A stretch of 63,527 bases of DNA, filler included, from Octopus bimaculoides (lineage: Eukaryota), in the NCBI RefSeq assembly GCF_001194135.2. It is 6 parts of 6 records of this genome, joined end to end, with 100 filler letters (N's around TTAATTAATTAA, not from the genome) between each part and the next. Parts side by side here need not be neighbours in the genome. Positions count along the whole stretch, not along the records: positions 20,099 to 34,612 come from NC_069000.1; positions 34,713 to 42,700 come from NC_069003.1; 4 more parts are not named here. The stretch is one strand, 5' to 3'. The translations under genes and the position numbers were made by a program. The notes beneath the pieces were generated by a model. That model was not told the origin of the DNA and did no database searches. It saw only the letters and a program-made list of their open reading frames with translations. Below are positions 26,780 through 39,254 of the stretch, piece after piece. Numbering within the stretch: the stretch's first letter is position 1; the number at the start of each line of letters is the position of its first letter.

Positions 26780-27270
26780 TGCTTTTCGAAAAGTGATGAG
26801 GTAACTCTTCAATGTTGTAAAAGAAAGAATTGTTAGGATAAAACATTAGAATTAATAATTATCAATCTTGGTTTCATGACAAAAGGTATTCTTCCATCAG
26901 GATAATGCTTGGCCACATAGAGCAAGGATGACATTCCAGAGGCTGGAGCAGTTTGAATGGTAAATGATGCCCCACCCACCATATTCACTGGACATTGTCC
27001 CATCTGATTATCATTTATTCCACAGTCTTCAAAATCATTTGGACAGTAAAATATGAATTCTGTAGACAAGTTCAGAACAGTACAGGAGGAGTATTTTTCG
27101 TCATGGATAAGTGAATTTTGGAAGAGGGGCCTTGCAAGTCTACCAGATAGACAGAAGAGCAAAATGAAGGAGAGAATATTTTAGATTAAAAAAGAACTTT
27201 GTTTATCTTAACTTTAAAAATTGAAAGAAGTATTAAAGAATCCACATTATTTATGGGATGACCCAACATA
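26780..27270 (+). mobile_element. mariner transposase C-terminal remnant with putative right TIR
   Basis: KVFFHQDNAWPHRARMTFQRLEQFEW*MMPHPPYSLDIVPSDYHLFHSLQNHL (HQDNA.PH and HPPYSPDLAPSDYHLF motifs). Ends ...TTATGGGATGACCCAACA followed by TA. Confidence 0.9.
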
Positions 27271-27289
27271 TATATATATATATATCACC

Positions 27290-27449
27290 ATCATCATCAT
27301 CATCGTTTAATGTCTGCTTTCCATGCTGGCATGGGTTGGACGGTTTGACTGAGGACTGGTGAGCCAGATGGCTGCCTCAGGCTCCAATCTGATCTGGCAG
27401 AGTTTCTACTGCTGGATGCCCTTCCTAATGCCAACCATTCCAAGAGTGT
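27290..27449 (-). mobile_element. Family C element 3' end
   Basis: CATCGTTTAATGTCTGCTTTCCATGCTGGCATGGGTTGGACGG... Confidence 0.8.
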
Positions 27450-28181
27450 NNNNNNNNNNNNNNNNNNNNNNNNNNNNNNNNNNNNNNNNNNNNNNNNNNN
27501 NNNNNNNNNNNNNNNNNNNNNNNNNNNNNNNNNNNNNNNNNNNNNNNNNNNNNNNNNNNNNNNNNNNNNNNNNNNNNNNNNNNNNNNNNNNNNNNNNNNN
27601 NNNNNNNNNNNNNNNNNNNNNNNNNNNNNNNNNNNNNNNNNNNNNNNNNNNNNNNNNNNNNNNNNNNNNNNNNNNNNNNNNNNNNNNNNNNNNNNNNNNN
27701 NNNNNNNNNNNNNNNNNNNNNNNNNNNNNNNNNNNNNNNNNNNNNNNNNNNNNNNNNNNNNNNNNNNNNNNNNNNNNNNNNNNNNNNNNNNNNNNNNNNN
27801 NNNNNNNNNNNNNNNNNNNNNNNNNNNNNNNNNNNNNNNNNNNNNNNNNNNNNNNNNNNNNNNNNNNNNNNTATGTATGTATATATGTATGTATGTATAC
27901 ATATCTATATATGTATGTAAATATTTAGATATATATAAAATACTTGCAAGCATGACTATTTCCTTAAGAAGTCAGCTTTTCAGTCATAGAATACTGAGCT
28001 TGCATGCTCAGTGGCATCTTGAGTATCTTGTGTCTTTTGAATATTCAGTAAGCATGCAATTCATTTGATTAAGCAGCCTGAGTAATTGTGATTGAGTCTA
28101 GTGATGACCTATGTACTTCTTATTCTTACAAAGATAGACAGGTGTGTGTAAGTGTGTGTTGTGTGTGTGTCTGTGTGTGTA

Positions 28182-28212
<31 letters not shown>

Positions 28213-29176
28213 NNNNNNNNNNNNNNNNNNNNNNNNNNNNNNNNNNNNNNNNNNNNNNNNNNNNNNNNNNNNNNNNNNNNNNNNNNNNNNNNNNNNNNNN
28301 NNNNNNNNNNNNNNNNNNNNNNNNNNNNNNNNNNNNNNNNNNNNNNNNNNNNNNNNNNNNNNNNNNNNNNNNNNNNNNNNNNNNNNNNNNNNNNNNNNNN
28401 NNNNNNNNNNNNNNNNNNNNNNNNNNNNNNNNNNNNNNNNNNNNNNNNNNNNNNNNNNNNNNNNNNNNNNNNNNNNNNNNNNNNNNNNNNNNNNNNNNNN
28501 NNNNNNNNNNNNNNNNNNNNNNNNNNNNNNNNNNNNNNNNNNNNNNNNNNNNNNNNNNNNNNNNNNNNNNNNNNNNNNNNNNNNNNNNNNNNNNNNNNNN
28601 NNNNNNNNNNNNNNNNNNNNNNNNNNNNNNNNNNNNNNNNNNNNNNNNNNNNNNNNNNNNNNNNNNNNNNNNNNNNNNNNNNNNNNNNNNNNNNNNNNNN
28701 NNNNNNNNNNNNNNNNNNNNNNNNNNNNNNNNNNNNNNNNNNNNNNNNNNNNNNNNNNNNNNNNNNNNNNNNNNNNNNNNNNNNNNNNNNNNNNNNNNNN
28801 NNNNNNNNNNNNNNNNNNNNNNNNNNNNNNNNNNNNNNNNNNNNNNNNNNNNNNNNNNNNNNNNNNNNNNNNNNNNNNNNNNNNNNNNNNNNNNNNNNNN
28901 NNNNNNNNNNNNNNNNNNNNNNNNNNNNNNNNNNNNNNNNNNNNNNNNNNNNNNNNNNNNNNNNNNNNNNNNNNNNNNNNNNNNNNNNNNNNNNNNNNNN
29001 NNNNNNNNNNNNNNNNNNNNNNNNNNNNNNNNNNNNNNNNNNNNNNNNNNNNNNNNNNNNNNNNNNNNNNNNNNNNNNNNNNNNNNNNNNNNNNNNNNNN
29101 NNNNNNNNNNNNNNNNNNNNNNNNNNNNNNNNNNNNNNNNNNNNNNNNNNNNNNNNNNNNNNNNNNNNNNNNNNNN

Positions 29177-29234
<58 letters not shown>

Positions 29235-29236
29235 AT

Positions 29237-29271
<35 letters not shown>

Positions 29272-29655
29272 AAGAGAAAGAAAGAGAGACAGAGAGAGGG
29301 AAGAGAGAAAAGAAATTATAGACAGAAAGAGAGGGGGTGAGAGGGACATGGATAGCAGGAGAGAGGGATTGATATGATTACATGGAGTAATGTACATAAA
29401 GATTTCCACCGATATGCACAGACTGCACAAGCACAACACACACACACGCGTGCACACTCATGCAATCATAGACACACACATGCACAGATTCAAATACACA
29501 CAGAGAAACTTATACATATCTAGTGAATATTCATATGTACTTTTGAGTTAGCCAAGTTGCGTAAGATATAAATCACAGATTGTTTTGATACGAAGGTTTT
29601 ATCTCTTCTCATAAGCATGTGTATAGTATATACATATGTGTGTGTGTGTGTGTAT

Positions 29656-29708
<53 letters not shown>

Positions 29709-30064
29709 CATATTTACATATATATACTCATATATATATATATATGAGTGTATGTGTCTATATATANNNNNNNNNNNNNNNNNNNNNNNNNNNNNNNNNN
29801 NNNNNNNNNNNNNNNNNNNNNNNNNNNNNNNNNNNNNNNNNNNNNNNNNNNNNNNNNNNNNNNNNNNNNNNNNNNNNNNNNNNNNNNNNNNNNNNNNNNN
29901 NNNNNNNNNNNNNNNNNNNNNNNNNNNNNNNNNNNNNNNNNNNNNNNNNNNNNNNNNNNNNNNNNNNNNNNNNNNNNNNNNNNNNNNNNNNNNNNNNTAT
30001 ATGCATATATATATGTATATATGTATATATATATATACATATATATATATGTAATATATATATA

Positions 30065-30128
<64 letters not shown>

Positions 30129-32876
30129 ATATATATGCACATATACATATATCAATATATGCCTATATACTTATATTTGTATGTCTGTATATATGTGACT
30201 GTGTGTGTTTGCATGTGTGTCTTTATGTGCGTGTGTGTCTTTATGCACGTGTGTATGTGCATGTGTGCAGATGTGCATATATGTATGTGATTATTTATGC
30301 ATGTGTGTGTTTGTCTTTGTATATATTCTATTTGTGTAAACGCTTGCACCTGTATATTTCTCTTTGTGGAGAGAGAGAGATGTATATGTGTGTATGTATT
30401 CATTTCTGTATGTAATTGCCTACACCTATAAACACACATATATGTGTTTGTATAAGTCTCTCAGTATGTGTACTTGAATGCCTATGCACATGTATGTGTC
30501 AATATATATATATATATATATATATATGCATATATATGTATGTATGTGTGTATGTATTTGTTGTGGCTACTTCTTCAGCTTCTTTCTCAACTTTTATACA
30601 CACACACACACATACATACATACATACATACATACACACACACATATATATATATAGATATACATACACATTCACACACACATGTAAATTGCATAAACAT
30701 GTGCATGCATTAATGTGTGTATGTGCGTATTTGTAAGTATATGCATGTGTGTATTTGTGTAACTCATCATTCATGCTCTCTCCTTCCCTCCCTCTCTCTC
30801 ATTCCGCCCCCCTCTCTCCTTCCTCTCTCTCTGAATATCTATGCATGTGCATTTATGAATATATATGTATATTATGTTCACGTAAAGCGTGTATGTAGTA
30901 CATGTGTTTCTATATTACCATTTGTATGTGTAGCTCATATATGTATGCTTCTGTATGTATACATATGTTAATATGCATGCATAGCACTACCACCACCACC
31001 ACCACCACTACCACCACCACCACCACCACTACCATCACCACCACTATCACTTGTAGCTGTAGTAGTTGTGGTGGGGGGCGGTGGTGATAGTAATAGTAGT
31101 AGTAGTAGTAGTAGTAGTAGCAGTACAATTTCCATCCATTTTACTTCTCTTCCAAATGTTTCCACGTTTCTCACGACCACTCATAACGCGTCTGCAACTC
31201 TCACCACTACTCTGTTCCTCATACTCTCACCACCACTCATAATATTTCTACTACTCTCCCCATCACTCCTTACATTTTTACAACTCTCACCTCTACTGGC
31301 ACCAGAGGTTGACATATCCAGAGATATGGATCTAAGGATCTCATATATAAGCACTTCAGGTCTGCTTAATTGGAGGCTGACCTGGGGAAGCTGCAGTAAC
31401 TACTTACTCCCACTCCAGTTATATCTGTCATTCTAACTGTAAGTCAATTCAGTCACTCAAACTGCTAAAAATACAGCCAGATCTCACTCAAATCACACCC
31501 TACAATCATGCAATACGAAGGACACATTGGACTTAGTGGTCTTTATAGAGACTGTTATCATCATCTTCATCATCATTTAATCTCTTTTCTTTTGCATGTT
31601 TGAGTCATTAGACTGTCGCCATACTGGGGCACTGTCCATTTTTCATGCTGCCATGGGTTGAATGGTTTGACAAGATCTGAGGAACCACAGAGCAGTGTTA
31701 GACCCCGATGTCAGTTAGGCAAGCTTAGCTGCTCTTCTTATTTCTTTATTGCCCACAAGGGGCTAAACATAGAGGGGACAAACATAGAGGGGACAAACAA
31801 GGTTGGCCTGAGGCTATAGTAGAAGACACTTGCCCAAGGTGTCACACAGTGGGACTGAACTCGGAACCATGTGGTTGGGAAACAAGCTTCTTACCACACA
31901 GCCACTCCTGTTTTTTTTTTGAACACATTGAATGGTTATGGGGAGGTAGTAGAGTAAAATAGGGATCAAAGGGGACCTTAGGCAAAAAATATTTGAGACC
32001 CACTGATTTAGAGTAACCTTAATTATGGCCCTTAAGAGGGTGGAGGCACAAACTAAAGGGCTTACCCTGGCAGCACACACTCTAGCTATGTCACTGCTCA
32101 ATTGGGTGTGGGATGAGGTGGGGGGAAGACTTAATCTATATACTTGTTTAACACCATCACCTGACAGGGTTGTTTTCCTTGATAGGTAAACTTAAGTTGA
32201 GATAACAGTTAGATATTGGTGTCTAGTTTTGTAGATGCTCTGTGCTATTCAATGAGATGTCTGACAATACAACCACATGATTGACTTTTTTATTGAAACA
32301 GCTTTTTATCAAACATTTTTGCAGTGAATAGCATTTCATCTTCTTTTAAAAAGATTTTTGGTCAAACAACACTTTATCAAAAGTAATTTTGCCAAACAAC
32401 TTTTCATTGAAACAATTTTTTTTTTCATCCAGATGACTTTTGACAGAACAATTTGATAAAATTATTATTTTGTAAAATAATTACAACTATAGAAACATTT
32501 TAACTATTTTTCTTTTTTTTTTTTGATATTAAGTATGAATTTATTATAAATAAAATAAAATATATTTAAAGAAAAAAGAACTAACAGCCAAATTTAAAAT
32601 TTGTATAGGATAATCAATGGGACTATTTATATTCTAGAGCAAAAGTTTGTGTGTGTATGTGTGCGTGTGTTTGTTTGTTTGTTTGTTTGTTTGTTTGTTT
32701 GTGTGTATGTGTATGCAAGTATACATGTGTATGTGTAAGTGTGTATGTGTAAGTGTGTATGTGTATATATGCATGTGTATATGTGTGTATATCAGTGAGT
32801 GTGTGTGTATGCATGTGCATGTGTTTGTATGTGTGTGTGTATGCATGTGCATGTGTTTGTATGTCTGTGTGTATCA

Positions 32877-32911
<35 letters not shown>

Positions 32912-33545
32912 CAAGTGTGTATATGTAAGTATATATATGTGTGTGTATGCATGTGCATGAGAGTGTATGTATGTGTATGTGTGTACGTTGTATGTCAGTG
33001 AGTGTGTGTGTGTGTGTGTGTGTGCAAGCGTACATGTACAAGTATGTGTGAATGTGCTTGTGTGTGTGTGTGTGTGTGTGTGTATGCATGTGTGTGCATA
33101 TGAGTGTGAGTGAATGTTAAATAATGATGAAGATGATATATGTCTACATGAAACCCTCTGTGTCATAGATTAATACGAGTGTGTTTCTTATTGCTGAAAG
33201 TTCGGTACACATCACACATAACTTAGGAATCATCTCTCACCGTCTCTCTCTCTCCCTCTCCCCATCTCCTCCTTCCTCCTCTCATACACATCCTCACTCA
33301 CACAATATAACACACACGTGAACGTATTCCTATAACCATGTACCTCTTCTACATCGAGACGTCAGTTTCTGTCTCTCTGTCACACTCGAACCTTTCATCA
33401 CACTCGACCCTTTAAATGAACACAGATACATAAAAATAATTTTTAATTGAATTAGACTTTCTAAAATATTATTGAATTTCATTCAGTTTTAAAAAAGGTA
33501 AAATCGGACAGAACTTATGGAATAACCTGATATATATTATAAATC

Positions 33546-33967
33546 CTCATCATCGTCATCATCGTTTACTGTCCGCTTTCCTTGCTGGCATGGATTGGAC
33601 GATCTGACTGAGGACTGGTGAACCGGATGGCTGCACCAGGCTCTAATCTGATCTGGCAGAGTTTCTACAGCTGGATGCCCTTCCTAATGCCAACCACTCC
33701 GAGAGTGTAGTGGGTGTTTTTACGTGATACCAGCACGAGGGCCAGTCAGGCAGTACTGGCAATGACCTCGCTTGAATATTTTCTAACGTGCCACTGGCAC
33801 AAGTGCCAGTAAGGTGACGCTGGTAATGATCACGCTCATATGGTGCTATTTACGTGCCACTGGCATGGAAGCCTGACAGCTGCTCTGGCAATGATCACAC
33901 TCGGACGGTGCTGTTAGTGCTCCAGTGGCACAGGTGCCAGTCATCGGATATGGTTCAATTACTATTT

Positions 33968-34001
<34 letters not shown>

Positions 34002-34612
34002 TATTTTTACTCTTTTACTTGTTTCAGTCATTTGACTGTGGCCATGCTGGTGCACTGCCTTAAGTTGAGCAAATCGACCCCAGAACTTATTCTTTGCTAG
34101 CCTAGTACTTATTCTATTGGTCTCTTTTGCCAAACCGCTAAGTTACGGGGACGTAAACACACCAGCATCGGTTGTCAAGCGATGTTGGTGGGACAAACAC
34201 AGACATACAAACTTATACACACACATACATCATCATTACCATCATCATTATCGTTTAACGTCTGCTTTCCATGCTAGGATGGAATGGACGATTTGACTGA
34301 GGACTAGCGAACCAGATAGCTGCACCAGGCTCCAATCTGATCTGGCAGAGTTTCTACAGCTGGATGCCCTTCCTAACGCCAACCACTCCGAGAGTGTAGT
34401 GGGTGCTTTTACGTGACACTGGCACGAGGGCCAATCTGACGGTACTGGCAACGACCACGCTCAAATGGTGTTTTTTATGTGCCACCTGAACAGGAGTCAG
34501 TCCAGCGGCGCTGACAATATTTATATATATATATATCCAGTCACAAGGCTTTGGTCTGCCTGAGGCTATAGTAGAAGACACTAGCCCAAAGTGCCATGCA
34601 GTGGGACTGAAC
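33546..34612 (-). mobile_element. Cluster of same-strand SINE-like copies: C (33546-33950), A 3' half (34000-34210), C (34245-34515), A head (34540-34612)
   Basis: Direct similarity to the other copies. The family C body carries internal TGCCAC.GGCAC sub-repeats and an (ATG)n tail. Confidence 0.8.
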
Positions 34613-34712
34613 NNNNNNNNNNNNNNNNNNNNNNNNNNNNNNNNNNNNNNNNNNNNTTAATTAATTAANNNNNNNNNNNNNNNNNNNNNNNNNNNNNNNN
34701 NNNNNNNNNNNN

Positions 34713-35150
34713 ATATATATAAATATATATATATAAATAAAAACATTTTTAATACTTATTCCCACCACTATAACTTCACTTTGTCTAAGGCAGGATACAA
34801 CCATGGAATTACTTTTCTTAATCCAGAAAGTGTAACACCTGCTAAAGGTAGAAATAATGAGATTTTAAGTGAGAGGGGGGATACAGGCTTACTTGGTCGG
34901 GAAAACAGACCTACTAGGAAGGCATCCAACAAACCCATCAATTTAAATAAAAAGATAAGCAACAACAGGAAATTAGATGCTGTAACCAGTGGGAATGTTA
35001 GTTTATATAATAAAGGTAGTGAGGTGATTGAGCGGATTAGAGCAGCCTCTATTGAGAAGAAAAATACTGATAAAGTAGCCACACCTAATAATCAAGTCGT
35101 GACTTTGGGAGGGGTTGAAAGAGCATTTAAGTATTTTCGAAACTAACAAT
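34713..35150 (+). mobile_element. Probable Penelope-like post-RT fragment
   Basis: Open frame from the gap: NIFNTYSHHYNFTLSKAGYNHGITFLNPE resembles the PLE motif IF....YN.AL..sGY...I.y (compare the 2180 copy), followed by a long basic linker. Confidence 0.45.
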
Positions 35151-35589
35151 TATAGGCGCCACACTCAAACTTTGATGGTGGAAATTAATTTTGGTGTTGA
35201 ATCTGTTATAAACTTACCCACTCGTATTAAATATAATAAAATCAGGGGATATTATGTTATATGGCGAATTAAATTGCATTGCATATGGTATGTGGTGTGC
35301 TATATGTAATTACTATCCCATGATAACTCCTGCCTAGCTGGTCTGACTTCATCATATTTTTGGTGATTAAACTATTTTTTCCTTTCTATGATGTTCTGAG
35401 ATGAGTTTTCCTGTTGATGTGTACAGCAGGCTGTTGCAGTATACACAATTTTTCATGAATGCAGAGTTGGATATTACAAGCTCCAGGAGAGTAATAGGTT
35501 GGGTCCATGTCAAGAAATCCCCACTGTGAAATCATTTCTTTGATCCTGAAATTTCCAAATGAAGGGGGGGGGGTCAAGATGGTGGAGAT

Positions 35590-35710
35590 TTTCCTGTCTT
35601 TACATTTGTATGAGTGCATTTAAACAGGAGTAGCTAACCTTAACATTTTGAGCATCAAAAGAACTATAATACTTATAGGTACTTGGGAAATGCTGCCTAA
35701 TTAGGAGCAT
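35590..35710 (-). mobile_element. Penelope-like fragment, opposite orientation
   Basis: QHFPSTYKL*, frameshift, then FDAQNVKVSYSCL, matching the PLE motif HFP..HKL..IFN...VKVSYSC. Confidence 0.6.
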
Positions 35711-35852
35711 GAAGGTTTAACTGATTTGTGTTCCTATTTGGTGTGTGTGTGTGCATATGGACAGACAGACAGACAGATATTTACATAGTTAATGATTAAA
35801 AATAAATCAAAAAGAAATTTTGAAAAACATGTAAAGAGGTAAATCTTCCTAC

Positions 35853-36416
35853 CTGGCAGATAATTAATAGTCAATTGCCAAATGATGCGTGAATTATGTG
35901 ACAGGTGAAATGTGTACAGTTTTAAACTGTTGGGAATATCTTTCAGTTTCTTCACACGTCTACTCTTGGAGCCAGAAGCTAACTTTTTGATGGCTAAAAT
36001 AGTTTGTCTGCGTGTTTCATCTGTTAAATCTCTGCACTTTAAAGTAGTCCAAACATCTTGTGTACAAATGACTTTCCAATTCAAATTTTCAAATGAATTC
36101 TCTTTGAACAAATCTTCATTTCGATTGTCGTCATCATCATCATCCTCCTCCTTCTCAGAGTCTGTCTGTTCACAGTCTTTAATTACATCTGGATTAAAAT
36201 CCATACATATGTCAACTTTTAGATCTGGCTCTGTAATTCTTTCAGAAATAGTTTCTCTTCTCTCTTTGACTATCATGTTAAATGGATTCATTTCTTCATA
36301 TTTATATTCAGTTAAAGATTCTATTTTAGCCTTCATTTCACTCTCTAAACTTTCTGGAACAGATTTCAAAGAATTGTCTTCCTGATTCTTTTCCTTCTTT
36401 GGCTTTGTCTCAATTT
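35853..36416 (-). CDS. TRANK1: TRANK1-like gene, internal exon (564 nt, phase 1/1): acidic linker plus conserved pre-helicase block
   Basis: Acceptor ttctttattctatttaacaacAG, donor ccaG|GTAGGA, open frame. Peptide ...EEDDDDDDNRNEDLFKENSFENLNWKVICTQDVWTTLKCRDLTDETRRQTILAIKKLASG...LKLYTFHLSHNSRIIWQLTINYLP matches the TRANK1 segment FDNMTWEIECTSE...IILAIQQLGNG...IQLFEAKLDKGARMLWELAIDFSP. The TRANK1 sequence is recalled from memory, not searched. Confidence 0.8.
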
Positions 36417-37157
36417 CTGTTGTTAAATAGAATAAAGAACTTCATTAAATTTCAAATTATTTTCTCTTATATATTTACAATAATCTTTCTCATTTAACAG
36501 AGAGTTAGCCAAGAGATTATAATCACTGTTAATTACTAGGGTTGTTAATCCATAACCCAGTACTTAGTATGGATATAATCTCCAACAGGGAGTGCAGAAG
36601 AAGGTTTATATAAAATTAAGGATGGCATTTGCTACATTGTATGACATAACAGATGGTACCCCTCACCCTTCTAACCATCAGTGCATAAAGAAGAATGTTA
36701 ATGCTGAGATCAATGTTGTCAATAAAAACCGAGAGAGTACGAGGTTGTTGTAATGCATAAAGTTTGTAATCTCTGCCGGAATTATTTATTCAACTATAGA
36801 AACAGAAGTGATGTCTTCAACAAGTTCCACCCTCATAGCACCAGGGCCGGTTTTAAGTCAGTTAGGCAGATTTGTTCAAATTGGGCCTCATGCCAAGAGA
36901 GGACCCTATGCGCATGCTTAAACAGAGAATGCTAAGATGAATTTTTAGTACATGAAGCCCTCAATGATTTTTGGTTAGGACTAGGGTACTCCATCAAGCA
37001 TAAACTATTAGTCTTCAGCTTCTGTAGAGCAGAGGGGCCCCACTTGACAATTCTCTAATTGGGCCTGCACCTCCTAGCACTGACCCTGCCTCACATTTAA
37101 AATTATTAGATTTATAACTTGCAAAGATACCCGGCGTTGCTCAGGAGTAAAATGGTC

Positions 37158-37263
<106 letters not shown>

Positions 37264-37383
37264 TACAGTTATGTTAAAACAGGTGACATGGGAAAGTGCA
37301 GCATTGATGATAAAACATCTGTGGATTGGAGTAAATGACTGATCTCCCACCAGAAGTCTGTTAAATAATGTCACCTTCCTTAC

Positions 37384-37548
37384 CTCTGTCTCCTGCAGGT
37401 GTTTCTTGTGTAGTTGTTCTTGAGTTACTTTTGGCAGATTTAGTTCTTTTTTTGCTAGTTGCTGGTCCTTTTTTTCCATTTGTACTTGATACAAGGCCAT
37501 CACCATGGGAACCAATTTGGGGCTTCGAAGTTGTATTCTCACTTGAGT
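37384..37548 (-). CDS. TRANK1-like gene, low-complexity S/T/K linker exon (165 nt, phase 1/1)
   Basis: Acceptor ctcttttatattttAG, donor agaG|GTAAGG. Open frame DSSENTTSKPQIGSHGDGLVSSTNGKKGPATSKKRTKSAKSNSRTTTQETPAGDR, in phase with the 35853-36416 exon. The frame differs from the one shown in the ORF track. Confidence 0.8.
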
Positions 37549-37960
37549 CTAAAATATAAAAGAGGGAGACACATTGGCAGCAATGAATAGTGATTGTGTT
37601 GCTTCATCTGGTTAAGTTTGCACAGATTTACCAGTCTCAATCACATCATGGCCTAATGGTTAGGGTGTTACACTTACAATCTGGTGATCATGGTTCAATC
37701 CCTGGATTGGGAAGCATGTTGTGTTCCTGAGCAAAACACTTTATTTCACATTGCTCTAGTGCTGTGTGAGGACTGACAAGTCAAAGAATAGACCCAATGT
37801 TTCCTCTGCAGATCATAAAAGATGACTAAAAGAGGTTGAGGTATGATTTGAACTCCAACCTCATGAAAACCTTCACCAGCAAAGTCTACCTAAACAGACC
37901 CATGGGTTGGACGGTTGCCATCTGAATAGTGCAGAGGTGTCATCCACCAGGATTAGTAAG

Positions 37961-38028
37961 GAAATTTGGTTATTGTTGGCATAATAGCCTTTGTCAAAGG
38001 CTATTTATGCCAACAATAACCAGATTTC
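37961..38028. repeat. Near-perfect 68-bp palindrome (intronic hairpin)
   Basis: GAAATTTGGTTATTGTTGGCATAATAGCCTTTG-T-CAAAGGCTATTTATGCCAACAATAACCAGATTTC, with one bulge and one G-T/mismatch position. Confidence 0.9.
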
Positions 38029-38096
38029 TAAATTTCTGTTAATCTTCCCACCTGAGCTAGTAATAGGACAAAACAGGTGTAAAACTGTATTCTTAC

Positions 38097-38121
38097 CTTC
38101 TGACAAAGGTTGAAGCAAAAT
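38097..38121 (-). CDS. 25-nt micro-exon (phase 0/1), ILLQPLSE
   Basis: Acceptor aactttctctttaattcatttcAG, donor gaaG|GTAAGA. It supplies exactly the phase 0-to-1 shift needed between the TPR exon and the linker exon. Confidence 0.7.
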
Positions 38122-38407
38122 CTGAAATGAATTAAAGAGAAAGTTAAAACCATCTTGGAATTTGTGCATCAGCATAAATATTCATGGGTGGGTGTGTTCA
38201 TATGAATGTATATAGGCACACACACACACACACACACAAGTATACATATATATTTATACACATACAAAACCCACAGATAATGGTTTGTGGAAAGAAGTTT
38301 CCCTCCCAAACACATGGTGCCAGGTTCAGTTACACTGCATGGCACATAGGGTGAGTGTCTTCTACTACAGCCTTGGTCCAACCAAAGCTTTGTGAGTGTC
38401 AGTCTGC

Positions 38408-38443
<36 letters not shown>

Positions 38444-38469
38444 GTCTTCTTGCCTTGATATTGTATGAT

Positions 38470-38675
38470 ACTTCAAATGAATGTTATGGTCATACAAATG
38501 ATGTCTTTTGTCTCCAATTTTCTGTGAAAACATGTCTAGCCACAGGGTAAAAATGACCTTACTTAGAAACAGATAAGGGTTGGCAACAGGAAGGGCATCC
38601 AACCTTTGAAAATCTGCCTCAACAAATTCTGTCCATTCCATGTGAGCACGGAAAGATAGACATGATGATGATGAT
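38470..38675 (+). mobile_element. SINE-like element with family C-type (ATG)n tail
   Basis: ...GGTTGGCAACAGGAAGGGCATCCA...AGCACGGAAAGATAGACATGATGATG. Confidence 0.6.
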
Positions 38676-38734
38676 ACACACACACACATATGTACATACA
38701 CATAAAGAAGCACATCTGTTTACATTATATATAT

Positions 38735-38773
<39 letters not shown>

Positions 38774-38783
38774 NNNNNNNNNN

Positions 38784-38821
<38 letters not shown>

Positions 38822-39254
38822 TTTGTTTATCTGCATAATTGCCTCTATATCTACTCACTTTGATTCCCCTTATAATCATTCTTTACCCCACAGAAATGGT
38901 CACTCCTAAAGACATCGGAGTCTAAGTTCAAATCATTTGAGCACTACAAAGTGTTTTCTATGCTGAAAATCTTTGGATCTCATCTATTGATGAGATCCAT
39001 TCAGACATATGCACAGGTACATCATAATATGTTCTTCATGCACATATTCCTTTCTTGACCCCTGTAACTCGCATCAAGCTGATCCTGTATGATGCATATA
39101 TGATGGACATTAGCTGTAGAAAAATAATTCAGACTTAATGCTAAGTTAGCATTTAGACAAATAAGTATTTCTTAACCAAGGGACTCTTGGATACTCTAGA
39201 AGAATTTTGGTTGAAGGAGGAATTGGATTGCCTAAAAAAAGACATTTTAATTTC

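Noticed and set aside
26833-27162. 109-aa minus-strand ORF with an apparent splice acceptor as the next TRANK1-like exon
   Set aside because: It is the antisense of a mariner transposase remnant, and its phase (2) does not match the upstream donor (1).
31400-31445. Possible 29-nt minus exon VRMTDITGVG (acAG...GTAAGT)
   Set aside because: Weak pyrimidine tract, no clear TRANK1 similarity, adjacent to a repeat and beyond an assembly spacer.
33300-33530. Possible phase 1/1 exon GSSVMKGSSVTERQK
   Set aside because: It lies just inside what looks like a mariner-type terminus (TATCAGGTTATTCCATAAGTTCTGTCC on the minus strand), so it is probably transposon 5' sequence.
35912-36385. 157-aa plus-strand ORF
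   Set aside because: Antisense shadow of the real exon.
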